NCBI GenBank assembly: GCA_030264375.1 | Contig: JASCQW010000150.1 | Coordinates: 24,832,142 to 24,896,141 of the forward strand | Source: Carcharhinus longimanus | Taxonomy: Eukaryota | Reading direction: 5' to 3' | DNA length: 64,000 bases | Part shown: in pieces, positions 11,491 to 23,536 of the stretch | Position numbering within the stretch: position 1 is the first letter of the stretch | How the letters are laid out: each line of letters begins with the position of its first letter | Position numbers and translations under genes: made by a program | The notes under the pieces: generated by a model | Told to the model about the DNA's origin: nothing | Seen by the model: the letters and a program-made list of their open reading frames with translations, nothing else | The model's database searches: none

Positions 11491-11639
11491 AACCCAAGGA
11501 GACAGATGTCATGCACAGTGTGGAAGGCAGAGGATCATACCAGTTACGAGGTTGGCAGCTCACCAGACAACAGTTCCATTCCTTGTTCGTCAAGCGTTTT
11601 CTTTATGCCTGCCGCAGCCGCAGAGGAATCTTTGCTCAG
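11491..11639 (+). CDS. ABCA7: ABCA1/7-like exon (149 bp)
   Basis: cttag|AA...CAG|gtactt; EPKETDVMHSVEGRGSYQLRGWQLTRQQFHSLFVKRFLYACRSRRGIFAQ. Confidence 0.95.
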
Positions 11640-12105
11640 GTACTTTTAACTGCCTGTGGAATTTTGTTTTTACTGTTTTTCCACCTTCACTCCTTTACAC
11701 ATACACGCAATACACGTGTGCACTCAGTACGCATATACTCAAATATGCATATACACATCATAGATATACATACACACTCACCACCACCCGAAGTGGCTAA
11801 CTTTGTTCGAGTGCAATTCGACATGTCATTCTCACTGTTTGTGGCTTCCAATCCCCCTCAATGTAGTTGACCCTTTTTTAACTACAATCTGAAGTGATCT
11901 CGCAAGATGTTGAGTTGCGTCAAACCATTACCCAATGGTTCAAGGTGAAGGCTAACCACCTTCCATCTTCTTCATGCAATTAGCAATGGAAATATCTTGA
12001 TGGGTTGGCTAATTCTCACAGCCCCCACCTCCCTGCCAGAAGCTGTGGAGTTGCTGAGATACAGTTCAACCATTGCCATCTGGTGCCCTGTGCATGTTGC
12101 CATGT

Positions 12106-12349
12106 AAAAAGCCTGACAACACCAGGTTTTAGTCCAAACGATTTATTTGATAATAGACTCACAAGCTTTCGAGGTTTCCCNNNNNNNNNNNNNNNNNNNN
12201 NNNNNNNNNNNNNNNNNNNNNNNNNNNNNNNNNNNNNNNNNNNNNNNNNNNNNNNNNNNNNNNNNNNNNNNNNNNNNNNNTGGACTAAAACCTGGTGTTG
12301 TCAGACTTTTTACTGTGTTTACGCCAGTCCAACGCCGGCATACCCACAT
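12106..12349. mobile_element. Hairpin (inverted-repeat) Penelope-like element with an approximately 13-bp TSD; centre in a gap
   Basis: Arms gacaacaccaggttttagtcca / tggactaaaacctggtgttgtc; catgttgccatgt at 12093-12105 and 12350-12362. Confidence 0.7.
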
Positions 12350-12654
12350 CATGTTGCCATGTGTCAGCTGGGCAGTGATTGTGGCTGGGCTGATTGACAG
12401 TGTGCCCAAGCTCACCCATCATCACATGCAGACTTTCTGGAGGGATCACTGAGAAGTGATCCAGTGCTTAAACTGTGGCTGAGTTTTCATTTTTGTAGCT
12501 CGGAGGCCGGTTTCTGGTATTGCTGCTGCTGCTGGGAACCAGGTTAAAATGCAACATATAGAAGATTAATGTATTTTTTTCCTCTGGTGGGTTTAGTTCA
12601 ACCAGTTTCAACCTTGTTCCTGTGGGCCCACAATAAAAAGCTGCCCTCAGTTCA

Positions 12655-12996
12655 TGGCATTATTACTGGACTAATAATCCAGATACTCAGCTAATATTCT
12701 GGGGACCTGGGTTCAAATCCCATCACGGCAGATGATGGAGTTTATATTCAATAAAAAAAATCTGGAATTAAGAATCTTCTAATGACCATGAACCCAGTGT
12801 CGATTGTTGGAAGAATCCAGCTGGTTCATTCATTTCCTTTAGGGAAAGAAATCTGCCATCCTTATCAGCCTGGCCTACATGTGACTCCAGAACCACAGCA
12901 ATGTGGTTGACTTTCAACTGCCCTGGGACAACTGAGGATGGGCAATAAAACCAGCCAGCCAGTGATGCCCATGTCCCACAGGATGAATAAAAAAAT
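12655..12996 (+). mobile_element. Second tRNA-derived SINE family (core agggaa(g)gaaatctgcc..ctggcctacatgtgactccaga), A-rich tail
   Basis: B box gggttcaaatccc; tail gaataaaaaaa; homologous copies at 19795, 26415 and 53170. Confidence 0.75.
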
Positions 12997-13089
12997 AGTT
13001 TGCTCAAAGTGGCCTGTGTGGGAATTGGAAGTGTCATACTGGTGAAGCAGGGGGTGCATTTCTGAGGGACAGTGCAGAGGGGCCTTTCC

Positions 13090-14058
13090 TCAAGAAAAGA
13101 AAAGCTTACAAAATGTTCAGAGAGCTAGGTAATGTTCGAGATCTAGAAGAGTATACAGCTAATAGAAAGGATCTTAAGAAGGAAATTAGGAGAGCCAGAA
13201 GGGATCATGAGAAGTCCTTGGCAGGCAGGATTAAGGAAAACCCCAAGGCATTCTACAAGTATGTGAAGAGCAAGAGGATAAGACGTGAAAGAATNNNNNN
13301 NNNNNNNNNNNNNNNNNNNNNNNNNNNNNNNNNNNNNNNNNNNNNNNNNNNNNNNNNNNNNNNNNNNNNNNNNNNNNNNNNNNNNNNNNNNNNNNNNNNN
13401 NNNNNNNNNNNNNNNNNNNNNNNNNNNNNNNNNNNNNNNNNNNNNNNNNNNNNNNNNNNNNNNNNNNNNNNNNNNNNNNNNNNNNNNNNNNNNNNNNNNN
13501 NNNNNNNNNNNNNNNNNNNNNNNNNNNNNNNNNNNNNNNNNNNNNNNNNNNNNNNNNNNNNNNNNNNNNNNNNNNNNNNNNNNNNNNNNNNNNNNNNNNN
13601 NNNNNNNNNNNNNNNNNNNNNNNNNNNNNNNNNNNNNNNNNNNNNNNNNNNNNNNNNNNNNNNNNNNNNNNNNNNNNNNNNNNNNNNNNNNNNNNNNNNN
13701 NNNNNNNNNNNNNNNNNNNNNNNNNNNNNNNNNNNNNNNNNNNNNNNNNNNNNNNNNNNNNNNNNNNNNNNNNNNNNNNNNNNNNNNNNNNNNNNNNNNN
13801 NNNNNNNNNNNNNNNNNNNNNNNNNNNNNNNNNNNNNNNNNNNNNNNNNNNNNNNNNNNNNNNNNNNNNNNNNNNNNNNNNNNNNNNNNNNNNNNNNNNN
13901 NNNNNNNNNNNNNNNNNNNNNNNNNNNNNNNNNNNNNNNNNNNNNNNNATGGGATCCAAGGGGACAAAGCCTGGTAATCTCTAAGGTAGGGACATGTTTG
14001 GCACAACTTTGTGGGCCGAAGGGCCTGTATTGTGCTGTAGTTTTTCTACGTTTCTATC
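13090..14058 (+). mobile_element. CR1 LINE fragment, interior in a gap
   Basis: ORF2 segment DLKKEIRRARRDHEKSLAGRIKENPKAFYKYVKSKR; tail gggccgaagggcctgtattgtgctgta. Confidence 0.85.
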
Positions 14059-14361
14059 AGTCTACCTGGGGGTGCTGTATGCTGAGCCCGCACCATCCAA
14101 CCTGGTTGAAAATGAGGAGGGAGGGCAGTTAAAATGGGCCTGCAGATTTCTCTATTAGTCTATTTGAATTCAATTTTAAATTGCAGCCTCCGAGTCAACC
14201 CACCTTCAGTGGCAGGGCCCTTGTTTAATTAAGCCTTTGTGTGTGTCACTAGTTCACATGTCACAAAGCATATCAATGTTAGGGAGCTGTATGTGTAAAA
14301 CATGGCCCATTGGGACTGGGGTAACTGAACTAATGGGTCTTTCCTGTTGTATCTTTTCCAG

Positions 14362-14486
14362 ATTGTGCTTCCTGCATTGTTTGTGTTTGTTGCTCTGTTC
14401 TTCAGTATGATAGTGCCTCCGTTTGGGAAATATCCACCATTAGAACTGAATCCCTGGATATATGGAGAGCAGTACACCTTCATCAG
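14362..14486 (+). CDS. ABCA7: ABCA1/7-like exon (125 bp), TM7 and start of ECD2
   Basis: tccag|ATT...ATCAG|gtactc; [42 protein letters not shown]. Confidence 0.95.
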
Positions 14487-14701
14487 GTACTCAAACTTCA
14501 TTCATATTTTCCAAGACTCCAAAACAACCAGTGATGCTTGCACTATTTTTGTAGCAGGAATTACTGGTCAGTGCCCTAAGGAGGATGTTAATTTGTATGA
14601 TGCCTTATCACCTAACTCAAATGTTCCAAAGTTTATTACCAATGAGTTTATTTTCACGTACATTCCACCTGACCATTATTTAAGTAAATGTGACAGTCAT
14701 T

Positions 14702-15499
14702 TTTGTAAACTGCTGATGCCATAAGCCACAGTGAGAGGAGCAACCAGTCAAATCTCTTTTTTTGATGATGATTATTGAGGGAGGAATGTTGGCCAGTACA
14801 TCAGGAGAGTTTCTTTGAATATGTTTAGCACTCAGGACCTACAATGTGTCCCAAGGCAAGCGTGCTGGCAACTAGACAAGACCGTAAGATGTAAGAGCAA
14901 AGTAGGCCATTTGGCCAATTGAGTCTGCATCGTCCACCATTCAATAACTGACCTGATATGATCAAAGCTGACGAGATAGTATTTAGCCCATCAAATACAA
15001 TGCTTTTGCAACGCATGCACTGTCTGCCCTGTTGAGCCCACCTGCCACATAATTAATCTCCTGGGGGAAATGTTTGTTTAAATGTTCCGCGATTCCTAAA
15101 ATTAATCGAGCCAACTCTTATCTTCTCTCAATGTCAATGCAAGTCTGCACTTTCCAGCAGCTGCAGAAATATCTTCCACCTCCTCTTCCATCTCTTTCCC
15201 CCACCCCCAGCCCTTCTGCCAAGGACGGTGAAGCCACACTCTGTCTCAGCCATCCGATTAGCTGTGGACCGTCAGCTCAGCACAAACTAGCGAAGGAAGT
15301 GGAGTTGTGTGGCTCCTACTGTCCCAGGGGGAGGGAAATTCCACTCTCACTTTGTAAACTGCTGATTCCATAAGCCACAGTGAGAGGAGCAAACCGTCAA
15401 ATCTCTTTTTTTGATGGTGATGATTGAGGGAGGAATGTTGGCCAGTACATCAGGAGAGCCTAAGTTTAGCACTCAGGACCTGGATTGTGTCTCAAGGCA
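14702..15499 (+). repeat. Direct repeat pair of about 150 bp (14702-14858 and 15351-15499)
   Basis: tttgtaaactgctgat..ccataagccacagtgagaggagc...gagggaggaatgttggccagtacatcaggagag...tttagcactcaggacct occurs twice. Confidence 0.9.
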
Positions 15500-15713
15500 C
15501 TGAACTTGTGGTTCTCCAGTAAGAAGAGATCTGCAGTGGCTCCTTGAGTCTGTTGGTATCTCTGCCCTCCTGCAGTTGTTCGATCAGGCAGGAGATTCGC
15601 TTGTGTATCTGGTCCGTCTCTGTCTTTCCAACAGTTAGTATTTCTGATCGAAGTGGACAGATTTGTTCACAGCACTGATGTTATTGATCTAATTTATTGT
15701 GTTGGTTCTTCAG

Positions 15714-15812
15714 CGATGATTTTCCAGAGGATCCCAGTACCAGTGTGCTGATCGATGCACTCCTCAATGATCCTGGATTTGGCACCAAGTGTATGGCAGA
15801 TGGAATGAGCGA
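15714..15812 (+). CDS. ABCA7: ABCA1/7-like exon (99 bp), ECD2
   Basis: ttcag|C...GA|gtgagt; DDFPEDPSTSVLIDALLNDPGFGTKCMADGMS. Confidence 0.93.
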
Positions 15813-16875
15813 GTGAGTGTCAGTCAAAATTCCTCAGACACTGCGTGCTGCTTGCATCGAGCCTTTCTCCCCCCTTCTCTGCCCACCCCGTTGCTTTTCA
15901 CTCTAACAATAGCAGATCCTGTTGATGATGTTATCGTATTTAATTCTCTTCATCTAATCTGCTCCCACCCCTGTTACTGCATTAGTGAACACATTAACAA
16001 ATCTTAGACCCTCTCCACATTATAGAGTCGGTAAATCACTCCCTGTATTCCGTGGGAAGCTCAAAGTGCAGAATTAATGAGATGCCAAATCCTTTTAATA
16101 ATGTACTGATTCCGGAGACTACACTCAGATCGTGGATGGGACTCATTTCGAACTCCCTATAAACAGAATAAGACTTCTTACTGCATGTGTGGAGAACCCT
16201 CACAAGGACAGTAATTTCTTCCCTTCAGCCGTGGATCCGAGCTAAAGCCTAAGGCGGTGATGGGCAACGTGGGCTAGCGAGTGGCTGCATGAGTGGCCCT
16301 CCTTCATCTCAGTGAGCCACAAGATTGAAATCGGGCTTGTTCACTAACCGTGACCACGTGAATAAGATTAAATACATTCAACACACGCCAAATACTTCAT
16401 AACTCAAATGCTTAATCATGAATTTATTAATAGAGCTGTCATCAACTTCACATGGTAAGAACCAAAAGAAATATTGACACTTTAAATGCTGAGAGAGCGC
16501 GTGGCTCTCTGTCAATGTTGTGAGTAATCAGCACACACCTCACTGCACTTGCCCTTACTCGTGTATCATTTCAGTCATTCCAGTGGGTGGAAAACTACGT
16601 GACTGGAAATCAGTGGAATGTGATAACCCTGCACGTGAGCAATGATCAATAAAATATCTGGTGGGCCCCATTCTGAACCCAGATGTGCCACATGTGGGCA
16701 CTGGGCCACAGGTAGCCCACCATTAGCCGAAGAAATCTGCTCCATTCCATTCATATCCGTTTAGAATTCTAATATACTGGTCCGCCCTCATCCGTCCTGC
16801 TTCTGTACATGGTTCTGGAGATTTACAAATGGTTTTTCTTAGTTCTGTTGCTTCACCGGTAGATGTATTCTAAAT

Positions 16876-17380
16876 CAAAGAACAAAGAAAATTACAGCAC
16901 AGGAACAGGTCCTTCAGCCCTCCAAGCCTGCACTGAATATGCTACCCAACTGAACTAAAACCCCAATCCTTCCGGGGACCATATCCCTCTAATCCCATCC
17001 TGTTCATGAATTTGTCAAGACGCCCCTTAAAAGTTGCTGTTGTATCTGCTTCCAGTACCTCCTTCAGTAAAGAGTTCCAGGCATCCACCGCCTTCTGTGG
17101 GAAAAGGAAAACTTGCCTCATGCCCCTCGCACCTTAAACCTGTGTCTCCCTCATAACTGACTCTTCCACCCTGGGAAAAAGCTTCTGACTTCCCACTCTG
17201 TCCACATCCCTCATTACCTTGTAGACTTCTATCAGGTCACCCCTCAACCTCCATCATTCCAGTGAAAACAAACCAAGTTTCTCCAACCTCTCCTTGTAGC
17301 TAATGCCCTCCATATTAGGCAACATGCTGGTAAATCTTATCTGTACCCTCTCCAAAGCCTCCATATCCTTCTGGTAGTGA
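16876..17380 (-). mobile_element. CR1 LINE 3' fragment
   Basis: Tail caaagaacaaagaaaattacagcacaggaacaggtccttcagccc plus reverse-strand ORF2 end. Confidence 0.85.
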
Positions 17381-17758
17381 CAAATCAGAATGCCAAAGGC
17401 CCAATAGTAACAGCAACTTGAGGTACCTAAACAAGCAGGGAGGTCTGTTTTCCTTCCTTCCGCCGCCCCCTATCTGAACAGCGTCAAGATTGAGGGTGGG
17501 TGGGCCATCCCAAACCTCGCAAGCGCCATGTAACTGATCAGGGGTGGATGGGAGGGCAGTGCATGGCCATTTGGGTAATTTTAGCTGGTTTAGCCTTGAG
17601 AGAGAAGGTGGGAAATGGAATTTGTAGCAGGGCAGTACTGTTCTAGAATGTTCTCTCCCCAGAGATTCCTTCTCCTTGAATTTGTAACTCAGCTTGAGTC
17701 ATTTGTTTATCATGGATGGTTTTTAAGGATTTATTTTCACGCCCTCCTCCTCCACCAG

Positions 17759-17942
17759 GGGCTGCCTAACAGGTGATGCTGAATGGGTGACCCCCCCAGT
17801 TTCAGAATCGATCATGGCCATCTTTCGCAGTGGGAACTGGACGATGCAGAATCCATCGCCGGCCTGTGAGTGCAGCTCAGATGATATCCAGAGGATGCTG
17901 CCTAAATGTGAAGAAGGAGCAGGAGGGCTCCCACCCTCTGAG
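17759..17942 (+). CDS. ABCA7: ABCA1/7-like exon (184 bp), ECD2
   Basis: accag|G...GAG|gtgagt; [61 protein letters not shown]. Confidence 0.94.
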
Positions 17943-18038
17943 GTGAGTTAGACAGACCCGAAACTTTGGTGTAGCTGTTGTGTTTTACTCTGCCTGCTGC
18001 CTCTGCTGATCCCATCTAACCGAGAGTAAAAGCTCCAG

Positions 18039-18645
18039 TTCATAGAATCCCAGGAGTGCAGAGAGAGACCACTCGGCCCATTGAATCTGCACTGACTTTC
18101 TGACAGAACATCCCACCCAAGCCCTCTCCCCATAGCCCCATGTATTTGCCCCACTAATTCCACTAACCTAGACATCTTGGGACACTAAGGGACAATTTAG
18201 CATGGCCGAACCACCTAACCTGCACATCCTTAAAGTAAAGTTTATTTATTATTCACAAGTAAGGCTTGCATTAACATTGCATTGAAGTTACTGTGAAATT
18301 CCTCTAGTTGCCACACTCCGGTGCCTGATGGGGTCAATGCACCTAACCGGCATGTCTTTCAGAATGTGGGAGGAAACCAGAGCACCCGGAGGAAACCCAC
18401 GCAGACATGGGGAGAATGTGCAAACTCCATACAGACAATGACCCAAGCCAGGGATCGAACCCAGAACCCTGGTGCTGTGAAGCAGCAGTGCTAACCACTG
18501 TACTACTGCGCCATCAGTCTTTGTGGGAGAAAACCCATACAGACACGGGGAGTGCATGTAAACTCCACAGAGACAGTGACCCAAGGCCGAAATCGAACCT
18601 GGGTTCCTGGCACTGTGAGGCAGCGATGCTAACCACCATGGCTCC
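18039..18645 (-). mobile_element. Nested V-SINEs: an alternative-tail copy (about 18232-18515) inside a CR1-tail copy
   Basis: The outer copy breaks after ctgcacatc and resumes at tctttgtgggagaaaaccc; the inner copy is complete. Confidence 0.75.
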
Positions 18646-18914
18646 CCCTTTTGTATGTTACACTATTTTCCAGGTTGTGAGATTTGCTGGGAATCTAGAA
18701 TGGACAGTTGAGGGTGTGACTAACACTGCCGCATGTAATGACTCTGTGAGATATTTCTGATAGAGTTGTAAATTGTGTGTGTCCTGTGGTAATCTTGTTG
18801 CAATTGTTTGGATGTTGCTGCACACACTCAGATGTATGCATCCTATATAATTGGATTGTAGTTTTTATCCTGAGCTCCCTACAATTGTTACACCTATAAC
18901 TTCTCAAAAATCTT

Positions 18915-19124
18915 GGACCAGAGTCTCTGGCCTCCCAGCTGTGTGTTTCCCACTGGCGGGAGGTAGCGCGTTGTTCGCTAATAGCGGGATCCTCTGATCC
19001 CACTGCTGTCAATGGGAATTCCCATTGATGTCATCCCACGCCAGCGGGAAAACTGCGGGCGGGGTGGGCTGTTAGCAGGATTGGAGAATCCTGCCAGCGT
19101 GAACGGCCAGAGAATTCCAGCCCT
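18915..19124. mobile_element. GC-rich MITE (Harbinger-like termini)
   Basis: Central palindrome tcaatgggaattcccattga; end agaattccagccc; inverted homologue at 20850-21065. Confidence 0.7.
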
Positions 19125-19395
19125 TATGTCTACATGTAACTCCTGTCTACAGACTTCCCTTGACGAGTATTTGTCTCCCATTCACCCTGTATCAATTCTT
19201 ATACCCACATTTCTCGTGAAAACCACCAATTTAAATGTGTTACAATTTGCTCACAATTATGTGCCAGCCTGGCCTACATCTTGCTTAATAATTTTGTATA
19301 TTTCAAACTTTGTTTATTATAAAGTCCAAACTTTAATGTGTTTCCTTTCTGTTTTGATAGTACATTCTCTTTCCTCGGTGACCTGCTGTTAATCA

Positions 19396-19668
19396 GGGCC
19401 TCACAGCGCCAGGACCTGGGTTCGATTCCCGGCTTGGGCCACTTCTGTGTGGAGTTTGCGTGGGTTTCCTCCGGGTGCTCCAGTTTCCTCCCACAGTCCA
19501 AAGATGTGCAGGTTAGGTTGATTGGCCATGTTAAATTGACCCTTAGTGTCAGGGGGACTAGCAAGGTAAAGATGTGGGGTAATGGGGATAGTGGCTGGGT
19601 GGGTTTGTGGCCGGTACAGACTTGATGGGCCAAATAGCCTCCTTCTGCACTCTAGTGATTCTATGATT
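19396..19668 (+). mobile_element. V-SINE (HE1-like), 5' truncated
   Basis: gcctcacagcgccaggacctgggttcgattccc...gcctccttctgcactctagtgattctatga. Confidence 0.85.
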
Positions 19669-19794
19669 CTCATTGTCTTCAGCTGATGCTGCTGCCCCCT
19701 CTTCAGCTTGTAAAAGGTTCCAAAGTTGCAGTTGAATCTGTCCCTGCTGCCTTTCCAGGCTGTTCCTTCCAGATCCAGTTTCTAGGGAGAGGGA

Positions 19795-20665
19795 GGTGTG
19801 GTGGAAGTGTCATTGGGACGAGTAATCCAGAGACCCAGACTAAAGCTCACAGAGACGTGACTTCAAATGGCAGGTGGTGGAATTTGAATTCTGCCAATAT
19901 ATCTGGAATATAAAAGCTGGTTTTGGTAAAGGTGACCATGAAACTATCATCAATAGTCATAAAAACCCATCTGCTTCATTAACCTCCTTCAGAGCAGGAT
20001 ATCTGCCGTCTTTACCTGGTCTGGCCTACAGCAATGTGGTTGACTCTTAGCTGCCCTCTGTCATAGATTTTTACAGCGGAGAAAAAGGTCCTTTGGCTCA
20101 TTGTGTCTGCCCCAGCCAGCAAACACCTATCTATTCTAATCCTGCTTTCCAGCATTTGGTCCAAAGCCAAAGCATGTGATGGTATTTCAAATCCTTCTAA
20201 GTGTTTCTTAATGTTGAGGGTTCCTGTCTCTCCCACCCTTTTCAGGCAGTGAATTCCATCCCCTCTAAATCTCCTCCTCCTTTGTTTATACACATGACCC
20301 CTGGTTATTGATTCCTCTACTAAAGGGAGAGGTTTCTTCCTGTCAATGTCCCTCATTATTTTGTATGCCTCGAGGAGATTCCCCCCTCATCCTCCTTTGC
20401 TGTAAGGAAATCTACCCCTGCCTAGTCAGCCTCTCTTTGTCACTGCAAAGAAAAGCGAACCAGACAGTGGTTTCATGGTCATCATTAGATTTTTAATTCC
20501 AGACTTCCATTGAACTCAGATTTCACCATCCACCATGGTGGGATTGGAACCCGGGTCCCCAAAGCACTACCATCGATCTCTGGGACATCCAATAACCATA
20601 TATATCACTGTGCCACTCCCTCCTGTACAGGGGCAATTAGGAATGGGTATCAAATGCTGGCCTGC
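19795..20665. mobile_element. Nest: second-family SINE (+) interrupted by CR1 (-, 20061-20445) and a reverse copy of the same SINE family (20465-20620)
   Basis: The plus copy stops at ctgccctctg (20060) and its tail gggcaattaggaatggg resumes at about 20630. Confidence 0.65.
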
Positions 20666-20849
20666 ACTCCATTGATAATTTTTTAAAGTTTTGCATATAG
20701 GAACATTTATTCCAAGAATGTTTGTACATCATTGACGCAGTTGGAAACATTTCTGTGATATTCATTGTAGCCTCGCCTTCCCACCACTTTCTCCAACTGT
20801 TTGGGCTCCATTTTTCTCTTTATGAATAGTTTAATCTCTGGCTTTGGGC

Positions 20850-21065
20850 AGCTGGAATTCTCTGGCTGTTCAAGCTGGCGTGATTATCCAATCCCGGCGG
20901 CAGCACATCCCTGCCCATGGGTTTCCCGCCGGCGTGGATGCCCATGTCAATGGGAATTCCATTCCAATGGGAATTCCCATTGACAGCAGCAGGTCCAGAG
21001 AATCCCAACGCTAGCAAACAACGCGCCACCTCCCACTGGCAGGAAACACAAGGCTGGAGAATCTC
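20850..21065. mobile_element. GC-rich MITE, same family as 18915-19124, opposite orientation
   Basis: gctggaattctctggctgttca...caatgggaattcccattgacagcag...cgcgccacctcccactggcaggaaacaca. Confidence 0.7.
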
Positions 21066-21439
21066 ATTCCTGGTATTTCTGTAATTTATCCCTGTGATCC
21101 ATTGAGCCATCTCCCTGTGATCCTGGTGCCAGAGTTTCTGTCCTGCTCTATACTCCTCAGTCTTGGCTTCAATCAGCAGCATTGAGTTGCTGCAACATTC
21201 CAAGAGAAAAATTTAAATCTTCAACACTCTGACTTGTGTGGCACAACTATAAAGTCTTGTGATGTACATTTAATTTCTTCCACTCACTGCCCTGCACCAG
21301 TCTAAACCCTTTCTCCATTGGCAAAAAAGTGGTATTAAGTTTATGTTTATTTATTAGTCGCAAGTAGGTTTACATCAGTTTCTGCTCAGTGATTCTGCGC
21401 TATCATGTGTCTTGAAGGCCGTCTTGGAGAATACTTGCC

Positions 21440-21877
21440 CTTCGGTTGCCTTCAAGACATAAAGCAATGCAGAATCGTTGAGCAGAAACTGATAGCCAAG
21501 TTACACATGCATGAGGACCGGCTCAACTGATATCTTGTGTTCATGTCACACTACATGTAGCCTCTACCATTTAGCCTGAGTTTGCAAAATCCTACTAACC
21601 ATCCAGGATTGAGACAATTTGCATCTCTTTAATCTGTGATTATCCCTTTCTCCACTCACATTGTCTATACCTGTAAAGACTCGAATTCCAATCATTACCT
21701 TGCAGTTGTGCCTCTGTCTATATATGCTGTGTTTGTGAACCCACCTCTCCACTCACCTGATGAAGGAACAGCGCTCCAAAAGCTTGTAATTCCAAATAAA
21801 TCTGTCGGGCTTTAATCTGGTGTTGTGAGACTTCTTATTGTGCCCAGCCCAGTCCAATGCCAGCATCTCCACATCAT
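21440..21877 (+). mobile_element. Penelope-like retroelement 3' fragment (ORF end plus terminal repeat with a decayed hammerhead)
   Basis: 21444-21560 reads GCLQDIKQCRIVEQKLIAKLHMHEDRLN*YLVFMSHYM*, resembling the PLE GIY-YIG C-terminus; then cacCTGATGAaggaacagcgctccAAAAgctt and the terminal ccagtccaatgccagcatctccacatca. Confidence 0.75.
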
Positions 21878-21884
21878 AAGTTTT

Positions 21885-22168
21885 TAAAGTTTATTCATTC
21901 GTGTCACAAGTAGGCTTGCATTATCACTGCAATGAAGTTACTGTGAAAATCCCCGAGTTGCCACAGTCTGGTGCCTGTTTGCGTACACTGAGGAAGAATT
22001 TTGCATGGCCAATCCACCTAACCAGCACATCTTTCAGACTGTGGCAGGAAACCCGAGCAGATGCAGGAAGAACATGCAAACTCCACACAGACAGTGACCC
22101 AAGCCGGGAATCGAACCCAAGTCCCTGGCACTGTGAGGCAGCAATGCTGACCGCTATGCCACCATGCC
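21885..22168 (-). mobile_element. V-SINE, alternative tail
   Basis: gtgtcacaagtaggcttgcatt...ctgtgaggcagcaatgctgacc. Confidence 0.8.
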
Positions 22169-22281
22169 GGAATTACATTGGAATGAGCCAGTGGTGCAGG
22201 TTGCTTTGTGTGGTGGCTGTAATGGGGGACGGTGCAATGCTGCTTTCTGCTGACAGAAGTTGGATTTCTTTTTCTGAACAG

Positions 22282-22376
22282 TTGCGACGGAACACAGGAG
22301 ACATTCTTCAGAATCTAACTGGCAGGAATATCTCTGACTACCTCGTGAAGACCTACCCCCAGATCATTAGTAAAAG
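22282..22376 (+). CDS. ABCA7: ABCA1/7-like exon (95 bp), ECD2
   Basis: aacag|TTG...AAAAG|gtacag; [32 protein letters not shown]. Confidence 0.95.
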
Positions 22377-22520
22377 GTACAGAGTGGCACCAATTTGAGT
22401 GCAAACTAAATATATTTGTCATTAAACCGACACTGAATTACTCAAGAATGCTTTTAAAACCACCTTTATTTTTAGTGCTGTATTCTGTATTTAACAGAAA
22501 TCTCTTATTCATGTTTACAG

Positions 22521-22553
22521 CCTGAAAACTAAGAAGTGGGTGAATGAGTTCAG
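22521..22553 (+). CDS. ABCA7: ABCA1/7-like micro-exon (33 bp)
   Basis: tacag|C...TTCAG|gtacgt; LKTKKWVNEFR. Confidence 0.94.
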
Positions 22554-23200
22554 GTACGTTATTGCAGCAAGGTTAATAGATTAGGACATTATAATATACT
22601 GGCACATTAGCTAGGAAGAGCAAGGTTGCATTTGTATTCTGATTATGCAAATGTTCAGTAATATTGTGTGCTTTAACTGCTCCAGTTAAAAAGGATCTGT
22701 CCCTCCCTGAGTCCTGTGGTCAATAATTGGACACTCACAGATGTCAAACCATCGCTACATTCTCTAACCCAAGTACACTCTTGCCTAAAAAAATTATTTA
22801 TTTTTTCTGGGGTGGGTGGCAGGGGTGGAGTTTGAAGGGTTTTTTTTTAAACCATTTTACCTTCTCAAATGTGTGTCATTATAGATAAAAACACAAAAAC
22901 CAGCGCAATCCTTTCAGCATCTGTGAAGGGAGGAAGACTCTGGTTAATGTCAAGGAACTGAGAACCACAAGCCTGTCTTCCCCTTCCTTCAGGTGCTGAC
23001 AACCCCGCTGCGTATTTCTGGAAGTTTCTGTTTATCTTATTGTTTGATTTCCGACATACTTGCACAGTTCTCTTCTTTTTAATCAATGTAATAATGAAGC
23101 TGCATACTGCTTTCATTTCCTGTCCGCTCTTTAAACGGATTGGATAAGGGATGCACAGAATGAAGCAAATCAGCCTCTTCATTGTGACAATCTGTTGTAG

Positions 23201-23306
23201 GTACGGAGGATTCTCACTGGGAGCTCAGAGCTCCCAGGTTTTGCCTTCCCTCAATGAAGTCAATCACTCCATTATTGAGATCAGCTCACGTATGAATGTC
23301 ACAAAG
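23201..23306 (+). CDS. ABCA7: ABCA1/7-like exon (106 bp), ECD2
   Basis: tgtag|G...AAG|gtaagg; YGGFSLGAQSSQVLPSLNEVNHSIIEISSRMNVTK. Confidence 0.94.
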
Positions 23307-23536
23307 GTAAGGAACTGGCCTAAATCATTGCACTTTTTAAGCTGTGTTTTCTACTGCATGTCTGTTAGATTTTGAGTAACTGTCCAGTACAGGGCAGTAT
23401 ATAATAATAACATGACTGACTTATATAATAATGACTGATTATATGTAACATTAATATATATTTGTTTCATAAATCATTAACTTGAGGGTTTTTGGCACTG
23501 AGGAATGGAACGCTTGGCTATTGCTTGTAGTGTTAG

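Noticed and set aside
13113-14132. Longest ORFs in the track (230-339 aa)
   Set aside because: They are open only because they run through N gaps; the real bases are a CR1 LINE fragment.
21754-21790. Hammerhead motif in the 21.7-kb Penelope fragment (also 11340, 41050, 51330)
   Set aside because: Core nucleotides are mutated (GAAA to AAAA, or an altered CUGANGA), so I did not call these as ribozymes.
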